DNA of 64,000 nucleotides from the NCBI GenBank assembly GCA_040954595.2, contig CM082596.2, positions 7,332,468 to 7,396,467 on the forward strand, in the 5' to 3' direction. Under the pieces are notes generated by a model, which saw only the letters and a list, made by a program, of their open reading frames with translations, had not been told where the DNA came from and searched no databases. This document shows positions 12,795 to 25,819 of this stretch, piece after piece. Numbering within the stretch: the first letter of the stretch is position 1; each line of letters opens with the position of its first letter. Source of the DNA: Balanoglossus misakiensis. Taxonomy: Eukaryota; Animalia; Hemichordata. The translations under genes were made by a program, and so were the position numbers.

Positions 12795-12932
12795 CCTTGT
12801 AAAACCGGGCACCCTTTTCGCAAACTCCACCACTTTCACGATTGACGGCGTCATGACTTCTGCGAGGTTCTGCCAGGTCAGCTGAGAGGGTGCGGAGTCC
12901 ACTTTCGCTCTTTTCATGTCGGGTTCGTCAGA
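12795..12932 (-). CDS. THR: Thyroid hormone receptor exon: LBD helix 3 (absent from ORF track)
   Basis: SDEPDMKRAKVDSAPSQLTWQNLAEVMTPSIVKVVEFAKRVPGFTR, like TR TPAITRVVDFAKKLPMF; cccgcAG / GTAGGT; 138 bp, phase 0 to 0. Confidence 0.94.
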
Positions 12933-13253
12933 CTGCGGGACAAAAATTATTTATAAAACCGACTCTGTAAAATACACCTTGACCTTTTCTAACTGGCATG
13001 ATCACTTTGCCACACACGTTTTTTTTTTTTTTTGCAACATCTTTTGATAGGCATAAACAGTGCCAAGAGGGTGAACTTTTAGATTCCTGGGTATATTATA
13101 ACAATGCACATCAAAAAATACAAAAGTTACAAAAAAGGCAAGGACTGTCTGTTAAACAATGAAAACAAATCTCCACCACCTATCCGTATAAAAAATCGTC
13201 AAAACTCTCAGCAGAATGAGCAGTACATCATGAAATACAGACAACTTCATTAC

Positions 13254-13474
13254 CTCGTGATGACTGTCATTTCCCACCATGGCGAATCGATTGAACATCT
13301 GTGCCGTGTCTCTGTTTGCCATCACCACGTTGTGAATCAGTCTCTCTTCGGTCTCGTTCAATCGGCCATTCAGAAGCAAACCGCTCTGTCGCAGCATGTC
13401 CTCGCGAGCCCGTCGGTCGCGGTTTTCTTGGATGAGTTTACGCTTTGCTTTCCGCTGGGTGTCGTTTAGTACCA
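13254..13474 (-). CDS. THR: Thyroid hormone receptor exon: T/A-box hinge and helix 1
   Basis: LVLNDTQRKAKRKLIQENRDRRAREDML...SHHE matches the TR hinge DLVLDDSKR.AKRKLIE.NR; tttcAG / GTAATG; 221 bp, phase 1 to 0. Confidence 0.94.
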
Positions 13475-13700
13475 CTGAAAATTGAGAAGAAAAAAAGTTG
13501 CACTTTTTTGTCCAAATGTTTGCAATGAAAGTAGCAAGTTTGGGCCAATTATTTATTAATGGGGGGATTATGAAGTTGCTATGATAAGTATGACATGCAT
13601 TTCTTGAAAAAAAAACATTAATAAAAAAATAACCAACAACGGTGATTTAGAAACTGCTTCAAATATTAGTGCTACATTTATATTTGGAAGACAACATTAA

Positions 13701-13916
13701 AGGGACAAAGTCTCTCTCTCGCTGTCTGTTTTCTATTTATTTTGTTTGATTCAAGACATCATTTATGTCTCTACTATTTATTCATTTCGGGTAAATTTTT
13801 ATTCCAATATCATAGAAACGGGATGGAAGTTGTGTGTGGTTGAATGTTCATTCACTATATATCCATGTACAGTAACATAAAGGGTGAATTAATGGAAAAA
13901 GGGCAGCAAGAGAGAC
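13701..13916. mobile_element. Partial copy of the AGGGACA foldback MITE
   Basis: TTAA|AGGGACAAAGTCTCTCTC left end; internal similarity to 3197-3551; right end truncated. Confidence 0.75.
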
Positions 13917-13992
13917 CACATAAGATCATACATGTATGATCTTATCAAGACCCTGCATGAGGCTGGGAAAAAAAGACTGGTGTATGACTTAC

Positions 13993-14134
13993 AGTCAGGT
14001 GCCATGCCAACAGCCAAGCACTTCTTGTACCGACACTGTTGGCACTGGTTTCTGGTGGTCTTGTCTATCACACACTCTTCGTTCCATTTGCAGTAATATG
14101 TCAGGTTCTTCTGTATGGTCCGTCTGAAAAACCC
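13993..14134 (-). CDS. THR: Thyroid hormone receptor exon: second zinc finger
   Basis: [47 protein letters not shown]; ttgcAG / GTAAGT; 142 bp, phase 0 to 1. Confidence 0.97.
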
Positions 14135-14676
14135 CTGCAACAGAAACAAGTAATGTACCCTGTATAACTTATGGGATCAACGTCTATAAGAGGTGAAGAT
14201 CTTCATTGAATTCTGTTTGCGTACAAACATTTCGTGATGTCAATTTCAACTGCTGCGTAACATTTGTTCTCTGATAAAAAACTGTGCTGAAAAATCAGTC
14301 TTTTCTACAATTCACAGACTTCAATTTATCTGTTATATTTCACAAGTTTCCAAGTTTAGCTTTACACAGTTCGATCATCTACAGTATATTTTCTTGCTAT
14401 GCCTGCATTGAATATGCTAAAAACTTGGACGGACGTTTAAAAAGAGTTGCTTAAAATGTTACCATCATTGTACACTTCCTAAATGTCAAAATAAAAAAGA
14501 TAAAAACCAACACTGACTGTCTTAATAATCTACCCAATATTTTTATCACTCAAATGCTACTAACGAGAAACGAGAATTAGAAACTGGTCTGTCATTCTTT
14601 AGAAATGAAACCAATTTGCCTACATCTGGGTGTCACATCTCCACACACATCCATGATCAAAAGCAAACGAGATTAC

Positions 14677-14792
14677 CTTGCAGCCCTCGCAGGTCATACA
14701 CCTGTAGTGGTATCCAGTTGCAGCATCTCCGCACACCACACACGGTTCCGGACCATTGGTCAGGTCCATATAACTGGGGATATACGGCGTGC
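14677..14792 (-). CDS. THR: Thyroid hormone receptor exon: end of A/B region and first zinc finger
   Basis: [38 protein letters not shown]; YIPSY and GYHYRC.TCEGCK are TR hallmarks. Acceptor ttccacAG, donor GTAATC; 116 bp, phase 1 to 0. Confidence 0.96.
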
Positions 14793-17434
14793 CTGTGGAA
14801 AAAAATAAAAGAGAGGGGAAATTCAAAAACTTGGAACTAAAACATAGGTGTAACTGACCATTAAATATACGTTTCATCTGTACATTGTATTTCCTTCCTT
14901 GTCATTTGTAGCCCAGCAAACCCCAAAATCATTGATTTGTTGTCATGGGAACAAAGCTGCAGATTTTCACGTGATCCTCAATACTCTGGTTAATGTTATA
15001 ACATACTGCGTGTTTGCATGTCAAAATCCCACATTGACAGTGAGTGACCACTGGTCAAAACTATAACCACCAGGGTGCGTATTTTAATCTCAGGTTCGGC
15101 CAGCTGAATATTCATCCACCTCCTGCCACAGGACAAGGATACCACATATTTCACAACACCAACCCACAACCACTAAAAATCCCCCCACCCCACCCACCCT
15201 CAACAGTATGCTGGTCAATTAGCCGCTCAGCAGTACACCAAAAATCTGAGACGTGGACAAAGACAACACCTTTTATGTAAGGTCACAATGCAACGTGCAA
15301 AGGAAAGACTTGAACCACCACCGTGCTGGACACACTCTTTTGGTGCAACTCCAAAAGCCACCTCTACAAATTCCACATGGGATCACGGAGAGAGGACATC
15401 TGGGATCGTGTGCCAAGACACGCAGATTCCGGGACCCCGAAACGTCTCTCCATACACACAATGGCAGGAAAGGAAGTGGGGAAACGGAATACTCAATCAA
15501 GACACTGTGTTACATGTAAAACATTGGCTGAATCATTTCCACACATGAATGTAAAGCAGGCTGGCACACTGGACTGTCCCTTGCTGAGTCCCTCTCACTT
15601 ACGATTTGGACTCGAGCGCCACTTGGCTCTACGGGCCATCGTCAGAAAGAGATTCGTGTCTGGTGCATCCTGTGTGAAGGCCATTTCACAAGGCCAGGGC
15701 GACGACTGTCACTGTATTAGCACTACATAAAAGAAAGACTGCCTGCTTAATACCAAACCCCCCGCTGCATTGTCTTAGCACGTGCAGGTGCAGAGCCCCC
15801 TCCCCCCCCCCCAAGAACAAAAAAAAAGCTAATGACAAGCCACCACAATATAATCCCTAATCTCATCTCGCTCCGTCCAATCACAGTGGACACTCGGGGG
15901 CTCGCCTGGCCATTAGACAGTCAATCAGTAATTGACATCGCGGAAGACTTCATTAATTACATCTGATAGCAGGCACACGCGCGAGCTCGGCCGGCTAGTT
16001 ACGCCAGGCTCAAGCTATACTGCTCTGGGCATCGTCCAACCAACAAGCTCTTTGTCTCTGGACAATTGAGCCACTGGATGCAATCCCCCCCGCTAATGAT
16101 CCCTATCTATTCAACGGTCATTTCTGGGAATCAATAGCCACCTGGACGGCGCCTTTTCACGGATGCAAATCACGGAATACTTTCCAGCCTCGGGGATCGT
16201 GAAGCTGTGAACAGATTTATCAGATACAATTTTAGTCGCACAGAATGAAATATATTTATCATCTTTGGACGTAACTTCAATGCAAATGAGACCTACAGCT
16301 TTTCATGGGGACCTTAAGGGGTTACCATATGGGTTGAGTAGACTTTTCTAAACCTCAGAGCTCAGAAGGCTCTCAAGCTTGGACCAAATCTCAGACCACG
16401 ACACGTGTCTTGCAGTCAAGTAACGGAAACCCTAATACAACCACAGGCTTATGCTACGACATAATGTAAAGGACCTGAAACGAAACAAAATAAGTGGAAC
16501 CTGCTTGACAATACAGCAAGGAAAACTACAAGCTTACATTTCTTCAACCACTTTAAAATTCTTCAACCCTATAAAATTCAGACATGTATTTTCAACTTTT
16601 GATTTGGTTTGCTGACTGCAATTGCAATTTCAATTTCTTATTTTTGACTCCCATTTCTTGTATCCCAAATCACATGTTCAACTTTCAAATAGTCCCCACG
16701 GAACAAAGTCTTTGGGGTCAAATAAACCCTGTCTATCCGTCTGTCTGTCTGTCTGCAGCCATTACTCAGATGTGCTTGTACTGAAAAATGTGTGTGAATT
16801 TTGGCCTTGATTATGTGTTATTATACACGTGACATATGACAAGGGTCATAATTTCAGGGTACTTATTAAACCTACCACCAATAATAACACCACCAGGCAA
16901 ATGGTCCTTGATGCAAACAGGTCAGTGCCTGTACATATCATGGAGATACCCGCAAACCAGACAAAAGTTGATTTAATTAAGCTGCCAATTACTGGGTGAG
17001 ATCTGCCTTACCCAGGGAGTTATGGGAGTGCTGACATTTGCCCCAAAACACACCTCAGAACTAAGCTGTGGCCCCTTGTTTCATCAGCTGAGCCAGCCCT
17101 ACAGTGCAGTGGGTGCTATTTCTACTCTCCCCCAGGACTGGTTCTGTAAATTCTAAAGACAACTGCCCCATGCCAGGTTGCCTTGTTCCTGTCACACATC
17201 AACAAAGGGCACACACATAGCTGTGGTCAAATGACAAACATAATTAACAAATAACTGTCATCTCTTAAACAGCTACTAGCTTTTTTTAAGATAACAGGAT
17301 TTTGCTGTGTAAACATCCACACTGACCTTATTACCTGGCCAGCAAAGCAATAGGACCCAATCCATTTGAATCGGACAAATGATTTTTTGGTCAGAGGCAT
17401 GATATGGAAACAAAGAGGGTATTTGTCATTTTAA

Positions 17435-17490
17435 AGGGACAAAGTCTCTCTCTCGTTGCCTTTTTCCCATAATATGTTTGATACAAGACA
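17435..17490. mobile_element. Left-end fragment of the AGGGACA MITE
   Basis: TTAA|AGGGACAAAGTCTCTCTCTCGTTGCCTTTTTCCCAT...TTTGATACAAGACA. Confidence 0.7.
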
Positions 17491-17965
17491 ATGTCATAGG
17501 TCATCTATGATTGAATATGTGCACATAACCAAAATAGTAAAAACCTTTTAGTAAGTGTTCCAAAATTTCTCGAATGTTTCCCCATCATGCAAATTTTGTC
17601 TCTACTGTTCAACACACTTACAACAATCCTCCTGAGCAAAATTTTTACTGCATCAAGTGCCCTACGAGTGAAAATACCGACATTAAAAATTAACGATGAT
17701 CAACGAAGGAGCAGTATTCAGCAGGCCTGTCTTTTAAAGGCATGTTGTCTACCAATTGTGTGTTGACCTAGATGGTATCATTGACTGGTAATAGTCGCGT
17801 ACATTTTGTATTAAAGAGCCCTGACAGACCACACGGCAACCTAAGGGTACAAACTTCCAACGCAATTCCGGATCCCTTCACGCATAATTGAAATCACACA
17901 GGGAAGAATTCATTAATCGTGGTTCTGACAAGCTGATAAAATTAACTGACGAGTATTTGTCTTAA

Positions 17966-18060
17966 AGGGACAAAGTCTCTCTCTCGTAGAATAACATAAA
18001 CGGTGTCTTGTATCAGACTTAATTAATGGAAAAGGGCAACGAGAGAAAGACTTTTTCCCT
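17966..18060. mobile_element. Internally deleted copy of the AGGGACA MITE
   Basis: TTAA|AGGGACAAAGTCTC...GACTTTTTCCCT|TTAA. Confidence 0.8.
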
Positions 18061-19009
18061 TTAATATTTGGTGATGGTCGCTTGGCTATAATGTATCTGG
18101 CATGGTTTGATCCAGCGATTACGCAACAGCCGCGATTCGATCCCTAATTTCCTGAACGCTGCTCAGACAACTCAAGGCCATCTCTGCTGGCCTGTGGGAA
18201 TTATCGCCCAACTCACCGCATACCAATTTACTCTTTGTTGTGCGCGGTTCGCTACCTCCACTGCCAGAGTTACGTAACAGCCGCCGCTTTCTGCAGTTTC
18301 AAGGACGCCTGCCATATATGGAAAGCTCAACAGTGTCAGGTCACCGCATATTCTACAAACACGTTATGCGCGCACGCACTGTAAAATCTACCACCGCAAA
18401 GCCGTACACTTGAAAAGCTTGCCCTAATACCTTTCGATGAGACTACTCTAACATGATTTTGAACTCTCAGACAAGTGTGTTACTTAAAGAAATTAAACTC
18501 AATTAAGATCTTTTCAACTCTCTCAAACTTAATACGTCTGTGTATATTCCCCAGACTGACTATTAACCAGTCGGTTGATAAGCTGAATTCAATATTCTTC
18601 ACCACAGCTATGGAGCAATGATTTGGACAGCATTAGTCTAGTACCTAGCCGTATTTTCCACTCTGTCCCAGTATAGAACACCTCTGAGAAAGCAAAGGAG
18701 ACTACGAGATTCTAGACTAGCCATACATTAAAGCACCAGTAGCTTGGCAAAACCATCGGGCAATTTAGTCGCAGTAAGGGTTAGAGTCATCTTGAAATGC
18801 TGGAGGGTGAATGTAAAATAGGGAGATCACTGTCTTCTTGAACACAAAAATCGGCATTGACAACACACAGATGGTAGAAAACGGACAGATGTCTGACCCA
18901 CTACGCCAGTGCCTGTAGTAGACATAAGTGGGGTCCGTCATCTACTGGTTGGATAGGATGAATCATCCAGGGCTTGGCCGTGCTCTGGAGAAGTTGACAT
19001 AGTGCTTAC

Positions 19010-19073
19010 ATGAACTGCCGTCAAGGTGACACTGGCCCCGGGACACGAACGCAGCTTTTTCGAAAACAAGCAT
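19010..19073 (-). CDS. THR: Candidate alternative proximal first coding exon of the TR gene (MLVFEKAAFVSRGQCHLDGSS)
   Basis: First ATG after an in-frame TAA; donor CAT|GTAAGC; phase 1 fits the 14792 acceptor (would give 396 aa). GA-rich tract and response-element cluster lie upstream. Confidence 0.35.
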
Positions 19074-20318
19074 AAGCCATGGGTTTGTTTCGGCAAACTT
19101 TTTGAAGGGATACCTGCGAACTTTTTGGTTGATTTAGAAGAAGAAGAACACACCAGACTTGCCAGAGGGGAAAAAAAGTCCATCTCTGACTCATGAATGA
19201 TAAAAGGAAATACGATGCATATCGCACTTTTTTATAAGCAAACACTTTCGCATGGTCACAAGAAGCCTCGGAGGAAAGTCCAAGTAATCAACACAACAAC
19301 AAGCTACCTACCTGTGCTCATAAGTTTCACTATTCTGGAGAAGAAGGCCATAATTTCCAAATTTTCAAAGGTGTCTCTTTAAAACAAATTAGTAATGTTT
19401 TCCACGGACAGAGCAGATCATGCTGCACCAGATCACTCGGACTACAGACTCACAAGCGCAACTTACGAACCACCAACAGACTCAAAACTATTCCTCACGG
19501 GGAAAAACCCTGACACAACTGCTGACATCACAATTTGCCTTGGTTTCCATGGAAATATAATACAAAGAAAACCATTTCATATTCTCAGGGTTTTTCGGCG
19601 GCCATCTGTTTTCGAACGGGGAGCGGCATACGTAATATAACCATGACCTGATGATGTGACAGTTTTTCAGAAAGTCAATTCAATGTTTCGTTTAAATTAA
19701 TGATCTGTTTGTTAAATGTTGTAAACAAAATGCTGAAGGTTTTTATGGGGGGATGTAAAAACTTTGAGTACGTTTCTCTTAGTCAGAGAGAGAGAGAGAT
19801 AGACGGACTTTGGGAGTGAGAGAGTGAGAGAAAGAGAAAAAGAGAAACAGGAGTGACAGAGAAAAGGAGTTAGATGACTTTGCTCACGCAAAACAAATCT
19901 CAGGAGTATACAGAATAGAAACCGATTTGTAAGAACGAAGACTAATATTTTCAAACTAATGCAATTTGGGAAACTAACCGTTCCTAAAACGCTGAATGTC
20001 AAAATATAAAAATACATACCACTTGGCTCAAGTGTTGGTACAGGTAATCCCGTGTAAGGTGCCAACATCGTGGAAGTTCAGTTTGGACCAACGAAACTGA
20101 CTTTATTAACTGACCAACCCCAGTACTTAATTGATTGTGTTCTTTTTCCTTGTTTTAAAACACAGACGATCTGTCTATGCCTAACCCAGGGAAAGAGAAT
20201 GAGAGAGTGTCGCGCAGTGTGCGCTGGTAACCTCTCTGCCGGGAGACCTTGGGAAAGACATTCCCTCCATCTATCCTGACAATGTGAACAACCTTTCCAC
20301 GGCAAACAGAGGCGGAGT

Positions 20319-20334
20319 TAACCTAAAGTAACCT
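20319..20334 (-). promoter_or_regulatory. Candidate DR4 thyroid hormone response element AGGTTA-cttt-AGGTTA
   Basis: Plus strand TAACCT-aaag-TAACCT; DR4 is the canonical TR/RXR spacing. Motif match only. Confidence 0.45.
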
Positions 20335-20993
20335 AATGTCCAAGGACCCCGGCTGTCACTCATTCCTTTTTAAGCAGCAAACACCACCTACTTGCATATT
20401 CAAATCACCCCATTAGCATGTTAGGTCAAGTATTGAGTAATCAGCCGCTGTTTTTGCCCATAACCCAAAGTAAACCCCGGCACCAAGGCTAACCCGGGCC
20501 AACGCCCTGACTACAAGGAGGAAGATTTAACCAGACAAGATACCGCAGACAGAGTGTCTTCATCGCAAAATAAAGGTTAAGTTAAAAAGGAATGAAGGAG
20601 ACAATAAAGATCAATTTTCATGACATCTCCTTTTTTTTAAATCTCCGATTGACAAAAAAATCTGTCGAATCAAACCAACATCATCTTCAGGGCGAGAGTT
20701 AATGGAATCAAGACTATTCAATTTACGTTTTGACTACACTGTGGTGATTACGTAACACCTAACGCTCTGCCGGGGAGGTCAAGTTTTTTTTTCTTCCCTT
20801 CACACGCCAACCAATTAACAGGCGTTGGCTGCACAAGGTCACCTGGAATAACAGCGGAATAAACCATATACACAGTGAAACCAGACATCACAGCAAATAC
20901 TTGATGTTGCCAAGGCTGCTCGGAGTCTGGCTGGCCGGATGACCAAGAGAAGGCTGATTAAATAGCAGTTTACTATGACAATACGAGAGTATC

Positions 20994-21011
20994 TAACCTT
21001 CAAAGAGGTTA
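20994..21011. promoter_or_regulatory. Candidate everted-repeat-6 (F2-type) response element TAACCT-tcaaag-AGGTTA
   Basis: Symmetric half-sites with a 6 bp spacer. Motif match only. Confidence 0.4.
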
Positions 21012-21733
21012 CAGGCGGAAATCTGTTATATTTAATCTAAAAAATACATTTCAAGTCATATTGGTGTGCTAAAATTCTTTACCAGATATTCTCATTTCAC
21101 ATCAAGTATCTGAAATTCATTTTGAACATTAATATCTGTGTACAATTCTAATGAAAAAATAGCAGGTCTCAAAGCTGAAAAATATTTTGTTATATTTATC
21201 TATTAATATGTCAGACAGATGTTATCTGAATTATTCAAATGAAGACTACCAGTGTTTGTTATCAGAATAACAGGATAATGATCATAGCAGAAACTCCCCT
21301 TTTTTCTTATATTCTAAGAGTTATACTGTATTTTGTAAAAAAGCGCCTATTTAAGACTTCTGATCCACAGATCATTATAAACTGGATGAAATAAACGTAG
21401 TTGCTTGTACAACTATAATCTAACACATTCTTTTGTACATTTCAGTTTTTGTACAGTACGCAGAGTTCCAATACGGCTAATGTATATATGTGTATTTGTA
21501 TGTATGGGCTGATGGATATTCGTATTTGTTTGTATGTCTATGTACTTTAAATAGTGACTTGCGCATTTATGTTTGGCTGGATGCCAAATCATTTGCATAA
21601 CTTTCTAACAATTTGATTCAGTTCCCGTATGTTTGAATTTCATGACGGACGGTTCTTTGCTTCTCAAATTGACCATAAAAGGATGTTATAATATATGAAC
21701 AGCCGTGTGTACAATAATAGGACGATACATCAA

Positions 21734-21812
21734 ATACGGCCATGTAAGTCTATCTATCTTGTACCTAAGGTAGATACGGCCATGTAAGTCTATCTATCTT
21801 GTACCTAAGGTA
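21734..21812 (+). repeat. 40 bp tandem duplication
   Basis: atacggccatgtaagtctatctatcttgtacctaaggta(g) occurs twice, identical over 39 bp. Confidence 0.95.
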
Positions 21813-22566
21813 TCTTTGAAGCAATTCTGAAAACATTCAGAACCGAATTTTTGATAATTTATTGTATTTTTCAACTCATTCGCATATTTTTAGGTAGAGA
21901 TAGTTTCGTTTGAATAAGTTCCCACCCACAGTCCAGGATGTACATAAACACCTGTATCACATATAAAGTTGACCTGTGCAGAGGTTCCAAAGATTCAACG
22001 GTCAGACAGACAGACGGTCAGACAGACAGACATTCAGATGTTTCAAGACATTATCAGAACTGCTTCTATTTACATATGCATATATGCAAAGCAAAGTTCA
22101 AAAACATGATGGTGGTGGTGGTGAAGAGAGAATAAGAAATTGAGCATTACAATTTACTCGCAACCCAACCCTACGACCAGACAGCCAATCATCCACTCTT
22201 TTAAACTAGTATCCAGTCATAGACATGTTCTTGACTTTTCTAAACCGACGGCACTGTACATTGAACTTCCAGGCTAATGGCCTAGCTCACCCCTGCTGAG
22301 AAGGGTTATGTAACTTTCATCCCTTTGAAGTCAATCACACTTAGGCTTCTTTTCCTTCTGATTGGACGTGCCTTACAGTCAAGGATGGGGTACTGTTGCA
22401 AACATATTTAAGCACTACCTTGACTATATCATCGTACATCCAATCAACAGAGCGTCTGATACTGTGATTGACATCGAGGGGAGGCCAGTTACATCATCTT
22501 GGCAGGATCTGCATCAGACATTTACATGTAGATGACAAGTTCAATGTGCAGTGTACATGAAGGCTA

Positions 22567-22737
22567 CTGTAAACTGGGAAATTTTCGCGACAGAAATTTT
22601 CACGTTATCAATAGAGGCAACTCGTATTTCACTAACTGCCATTGTTATCTCCGATAAACATTTTACGTGACTTTTTATTTTCACGTTTTTTTTGGCTTGT
22701 AAAAATATATCGATCATGAAAATTTCCCGTTTTACGG
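22567..22737. mobile_element. Related TA-flanked MITE subfamily (CTGTAAA..GGGAAATTTTCGCGA TIR)
   Basis: TA|CTGTAAACTGGGAAATTTTCGCGA...AAAATTTCCCGTTTTACGG|TA; similar to 45248-45454. Confidence 0.75.
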
Positions 22738-25700
22738 TAACTTTCTGATAGAGCAAAGAAAGAACAATAGACACTATAGGCTACCACTCTCAAAATTCCC
22801 ATAAGTTACAGATAAGTGTGTAGTAACACACATGAACAAGATACTCTCCTATATATACAATGGGAGTTGTGGTAAAACTGTTTTCCTGACCAAATAACAC
22901 ACTTCGGAAAGGACTGGAACTTCTACGAATATCAGTGAATATCAATGACATGTATTATTACTGATTTGCATTGACAGAAGACCAAACATCAGAGCCATCT
23001 ACTTCTATGAAAATGCACACACACTGCAAAAAACCATGGTCAACGTGTTCCAATAAAGACACACTTAATTGGACAGGCAATGTCATATTGTTGCGATGAA
23101 AGGAAGCGCGTGAAATGCATGTTTCAAGGATCATACATGTACCAGCAGCAATACTCCGAAATGAAAGTCGAAGTAGAAGAACTGTTTCTGCCACAGCGAC
23201 CTCCACTCATGTATTCGATCAAAAAACTACGCACTTGCTGTGAAGGGGGACCATTGCTGACAACGACAATGTACAAATGCATGAACTACAATAAGTGCAT
23301 TCAAAGCACATGCCTCTCACATGACCGCTGTTCACTATCAGAGGCCCCGGTGCATCCTGGGTAACAGAACTATCACATGACCAGCAGTCTGGTGCGGGAA
23401 TGATCAACAGCCACCATAAATAGATGATTTATTTCCTAATTGCGAGATCTCGCGAGACTTGGTTAATTACTGTAACACCGGGCTGCTAGCCAAGTGATAC
23501 ATGTACAAGTAAAGCTTTGTATGAAAATAGAATTTATTCAAAATTTGTAACTTTTGTGCCAATGGGCCATGTGGTGTTTGTCCATAGACCCTAGGGTCTA
23601 TGGTTTGTCACATGACAATGTTCACCCATATACATGTAAACTACCAAGTCACGCGAGATCTTGCAGAGTCTCGCGGAGTACAGAAAAGGGTCTTATTATA
23701 TAAATGACATACCGTTAGTTTTTGCTCCCCGCACCACTAGATCCTGTGCCGCCTCTGTCACAGTCAGGTCTGTGTAAGCAAAGACAGGTACAGTGACATA
23801 ACAGAGTTGACCCCAAAAGGGTTTTTATCACACACTACTGCCAGAACACTAAAGTGCCAGTTAACATAGGGGTTTTACAGGGTCATAAATATCTGGATGA
23901 AATAACACCTGAATGTGTATTCGCACATCTGAATACAGCATGTGACAGGGTTTGACTGTTGATTGCGTACACCTGCATACAAAAAAATTTCAATCAAAAT
24001 GGCACACTTTTGTGTGAAAAAAGTAGACTAAAATCTGAAATTTGAACACATACATCCACGCATGCCCCCCCCCCTCCCCCCATGTAGAATGTGCAGTTGG
24101 AAGTTCATACAAATTCAAGAATTCCAACTCCACTAAACTGAGATCTGTATAGGTTTAGAAAAATACATTTAATACAGGTTTGGCTACACATGAAAATTTT
24201 GACTTGCTAGTATTATCCCTGGGGCAGATCTAATATGTGAAAAGGGGGAAACTTGTCAAGCAATGTTTTCCGACTGGTTAACAAAAAAGTTGTGGGTGTG
24301 AGGTACAGGGTATCAGCAGAAATGACTGATACACGAAAGGAAGGAAGCAGTTGGCCACATCACAGTGTGTGGGATGAGACCCGGGGATAACAGCAGGAAA
24401 TCCTGTTGCAATGATGTGTCAGTCGTGATGGTACATGTACTAACTAAGGACGTAAAGTGACGTCACCTAGAACCACCTGTGGGACAGAACCCGGGACTGC
24501 TTTTTTAGGACATCCCACCAATGCACCTTGTCCCCGCCCGGTGAATATACATCGCGGGGGTGACAGACTCGCCACATCAGCGATGACACATTCTATGACA
24601 TATTTTATGACCAAATATGGCAGACTGCCAAGACCTTGCTTTGTGTCGTTTTTTTTTCTTCTTCTACTGGCTATCCCAGAAACCCTCATGACTCAGTCAC
24701 CTTGCCAGGTCATTTCCCTCTCTCTGCGTGGGTGTATACCAATCCCACCATTTATCACAGGGGTGGACCCCACGTCCTATCTCGAGGGACATTCTGGAAA
24801 CACGTCTTATGCAAATGACTTTTTTGTCACTTGACACGCAACTTCCCCGTAACACTTTTCTGACCTCAAGAGGAATTCATTTGTCAATTAAAATAGTTAC
24901 CTGGTAATGATGACACAGGACAATCAAACAAAACCGCAATTTCCACATGTACCTGCACACAATTGTTTTGTCTTCCAGGGCTAAGGCTCATCAATGTTTA
25001 TTTATTCATGTCCGGGCGCTCTTACCAGGCTTTTCATTCCAAGAGGCAAATCGATAATCCGGCCCTTCCACTCCTTTGTTTTCAAAGGAATGCTGCACAA
25101 AAACCCTTTGCAAACCACGTTGCGCACAGTGAACTCTGCATATGTGGCAGAAACAAAGGTTCCTCAGCACAAAGAGAGACCAGTGTCATAGCTTTGCAAA
25201 ACAATGAAGTTCTACCAGTTCAAATTTGAGCAAAAAAAAAGAAGTGACTAAAAAAGCCAAAACGGCTTTTTCCTCCATTTACACACATATCACTAATTAT
25301 TGCCTCTAATTTACACCTTTTTATAGCAACATAACTTGCTCTTTTAGTAATGACTGGTAAACCACACACTGACTGAGATGTAGAAATTATGAGGTAAATT
25401 CAAATTCTCACGGCCATTTTGAAGAGCGCCCTCATCACTGCACACCAGAACTAACAATGGCAATTAAAAATCATGGAAATCTCTTTATATGCAGTTTGGG
25501 GCAATTGGCATTCAAATCTTGCAGAGTGAGCTGCCTGCAAGCACATTTCGGGAGTGCAACACGTTCAATTACTTCATTATACCTAGAGTAGCGACTCGTG
25601 ACGAGAAACCCGAGTGCCAGCAATAGAACAATTTGTGCTGGGAGCAGTCTCTTCAAGGGGTGTGGAAATTACGTGCCAACAGTCAATCCATCAGCTGCCA

Positions 25701-25819
25701 ATGCCATGTTGTGCCTGAATACAACCGCACCACATGCATGCACACACACAATACATGGAGATGTGACTGTCAACAAAGCTGGCAGTACAAAGCCATATCA
25801 CACAGACAGTAGCCGTATA

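Noticed and set aside
10057-14792. RAR, Rev-erb or two-DBD nuclear receptor
   Set aside because: YIPSY, GYHYRC, AKRKLI.ENR, CCMEIM.LR and PPLF.E.F are TR-type; only one DBD was found.
21970-21987. TGACCT-gtgcag-AGGTTC as an ER6 response element
   Set aside because: Second half-site has two mismatches; expected by chance.
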